A DNA stretch of 64,000 bases from Eledone cirrhosa (lineage: Eukaryota), in the NCBI GenBank assembly GCA_964016885.1, contig OZ024742.1, positions 376,154,001 to 376,218,000 on the forward strand, read 5' to 3'. This document shows, in pieces, positions 61,095-64,000 of the stretch. The notes beneath the pieces were generated by a model. The model worked only from the letters and a program-made list of their open reading frames with translations, had not been told where the DNA came from and ran no database searches. How positions within the stretch are numbered: the stretch's first letter is position 1; each line of letters opens with the position of its first letter. The position numbers and the translations under genes were made by a program.

Positions 61095-62739
61095 GTATGT
61101 ACTTATTGCTTTTGAAATACAGTTCTAAGTCTCATAGCAAGAATTGTACATATTTGTTGTACAAGAACATATCATATAAATATACTTTATTTTACTTGTG
61201 GTGGTTTTCACCTGGGCCAGGTTGAGCTGGTTCCATCAAATTCATGATGTAAGGTCATTTCAGTGGAGTTTCTTCAGGTGATTGGTTTCACAAGTGGTGC
61301 CCAGCTGCAAATATCTGCACTTTAGGATAGTGCAATCCAAGAATTGCATCGGTTACAGTACTGAGCTCTTGTTTTCACTCCCAACACATTTGGTGGGGCC
61401 AGTGCCATGATGGGGATGAATGGGAGGGAGTTTGGCCGGCAGAGGTGATAAACACAACCTATTGAAACCATATTGTAGGCCAACAGGAGCTCACCCCACT
61501 GTCTAGCTCAGGTATACAGACCCTCGGCACCATATCATATATACCTTCATCCACATCCCTATTATAAACCACACTATGTTAGTGCTACTGTTAATTAACT
61601 CTAGACAGTCAAGCCCACACTATATGCAAATGAGAATTGTCAGCAAATTTTTCATATGCAAAAAGCATATAAGCTATAGCTTATTCCTGTCTCAGTACCA
61701 AATGAGTAGTAAATGTCACTGATGATGGATAAAAACCCAGAAATATTTGTCTGGCATTCTCACTGGCTGCTAAGTTAGCTGTGACATGATCACAGCTTAA
61801 AACATTCATAGTGAGATTCTAGTATATTTATAGTACATAAACACATTGTATATTTAAATATACCTTCATATACAACGCTATTGCCTCATTTACGTCTCCA
61901 TATTTCCACTTTTGCCCCTACATACAATGTATATATTGTTTTTGTTTGGTATATGTTTGTTGCACAAAAACCTAAGAGAACTCAATACATCACATATTAA
62001 AAGTCTGTCAGGTGTATGTTTGTCATCATCATCATCATCATCCATCATTTAATGCCTATTTTTCCTACTAGCAAGGGTTGGATTTGTTGTCACAGATAAA
62101 TTCAGTACTTAATCAAAGCCACTGCTCTCTCAGGTAGGTGAGGGCCTCATCTCACTTAATTACATTCTCCAACTCTACAGAGTATGCCAGGTATTTTATC
62201 ATGACACCTGCATTAGAGAGGTCATCATATCTTTGACTCTATACCAAAGGTTCTCAACCCATTTTGCCCCTCAAAATCACGAAATGCCCCCCTACCCTTT
62301 TTTTCCATTTTTCAATATACTACTGATTTTAATATCAGTAGATTACTGGGCCAAATCAAGTTATGTTAGAATCTTTAAAAAGATCTTTAAAATATACTTG
62401 TACGAATAAAATACAAAAAAGTTTCAGTCCAAAACAAAAGCAAGCTATTTCAAATCCTAAACGGACGGTAGTCCGTTTAGTAATATTGTTGTGGTCGTGT
62501 TTTCGTTGGCAATCGTCTGTTTACGACAGTACAGTGCGGCTCTACTTTATTTAACTGAGATAAAACTTATATGAGCATGAACAGTAGATCATTACGCATC
62601 TTTTGGCTTAAAAATCTAGAAATTTGGTCCAGCGGGAAGAAGTTTATAATCAAAGTTTGCTGATAAATCTTGTGTTCAAGTGAGTGAGTAGTAAGCGTGA
62701 TGCTAGGGGAGGTAATCCAGAAATGACGATGTTTGGAAT

Positions 62740-64000
62740 ATGTATATCTGTGTACGTCGCCATATATATGTATGTATATGTGTATATGTATATTTGTGTA
62801 TGTCGCAATATATGTATGTATATGTGTATATGTATATTTGTGTACGTCGCCATATATGTATGTATGTCTGTATATGTATATGTGTGTACGTCGCCATATA
62901 TGTTTGTATGTATGTGTGTATATGTATATTTGTGTACGTCGCCATATATGTATGTATGTATGTATGTGTATATGTATATTTGTGTACGCCGCCATATATG
63001 CAGTATGTATGTGTGTATATGTATATTTGTGTATGTCGCGATATATGTATGTATGTATGTATGTGTGTATGTGTGTATATGTATATTTGTGTATGTCGCA
63101 ATATATGTATGTATGTGTGTATATGTATATTTGTGTATGTCGCAATATATGTATGTATGTATGTATGTGTATATTTGTGTACGTCGCCATATATGTATGT
63201 ATGTGTATATGTATATTTGTGTACGTCGCCATATATGTATGTATGTGTGTATATGTATATTTGTGTACGTCGCCATATATGTTTGTATGTATGTGTGTAT
63301 ATGTATATTTGTGTACGTCGCCATATATGTATGTATGTGTGTATATGTATATTTGTATACGTCGCCATATATGTATGTATGTGTGTATATTTGTGTACGT
63401 CGCCATATATATATATATGTATGTATGTGTGTATATGTATATTTGTGTATGTCGCCATATATGTATGTATGTGTGTATGTGTATATGTATATTTGTGTAC
63501 GTCGCCATATATGTATGTGTGTATATGTATATTTGTGTATGTCGCAATATATGTATGTATGTGTGTGTATGTATATTTGTGTACGTCGCCATATATGTAT
63601 GTATGTGTGTGTGTATATGTATATTTGTGTACGTCGCCATATATGTATGTGTGTATATGTATATTTGTGTATGTCGCAATATATGTATGTATGTGTGTAT
63701 ATGTATATTTGTGTATGTCGCGATATATGTATGTATGTGTGTATATGTATATTTGTGTACGTCGCCATATATGTATGTATGTGTGTATGTGTATATTTGT
63801 GTACGTCGCCATATATGTATGTATGTGTGTGTGTATATGTATATTTGTGTACGTCGCCATATATGTATGTATGTGTGTATGTGTATATGTATATTTGTGT
63901 ACGTCGCCATATATGTATGTATGTGTGTATATGTATATTTGTGTACGTCGCCATATATGTATGTATGTATGTGTGTGTATGTATATTTGTGTACGTCGCC
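62740..64000. repeat. About 40-55-bp satellite with a tttgtgtacgtcgcc core and variable (TATG)n spacers, running off the window
   Basis: Directly visible tandem units. Confidence 0.95.

Noticed and set aside
62567-63954. His/Tyr/Thr-rich ORFs or repeat-spacer array
   Set aside because: All three minus frames are open and the spacers are only TATG microsatellite length variants

Overview
Eukaryotic, AT-rich, repeat-saturated DNA. The SINE/LINE repertoire looks like an octopod cephalopod (inference). The only host gene found is a + strand gene resembling IQCH, with three small coding exons (2416-2457, 35991-36110, 60970-61094) and a perfect RFX X-box upstream; none of these exons is in the ORF track. 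Its two introns (about 33.5 and 24.9 kb) hold most of the window. They contain many 5'-truncated RTE-clade LINEs whose reverse transcriptase carries a C4HC3 PHD finger inserted inside the RT domain. They also contain an apparently intact Penelope-like element (742-aa RT plus GIY-YIG, paired pseudo-LTRs), a decayed second one and several solo pLTRs. At least six hammerhead ribozyme motifs from about four families are present. Other content includes CRE-like LINE tails, tRNA-derived SINEs with swappable 3' tails, MITEs and fold-back palindromes. There are four large satellites, two of which can be traced to short pieces of the adjacent retroelement. Most long ORFs in the track are satellite artefacts. 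All calls were made by eye; no searches were run and element boundaries are approximate.
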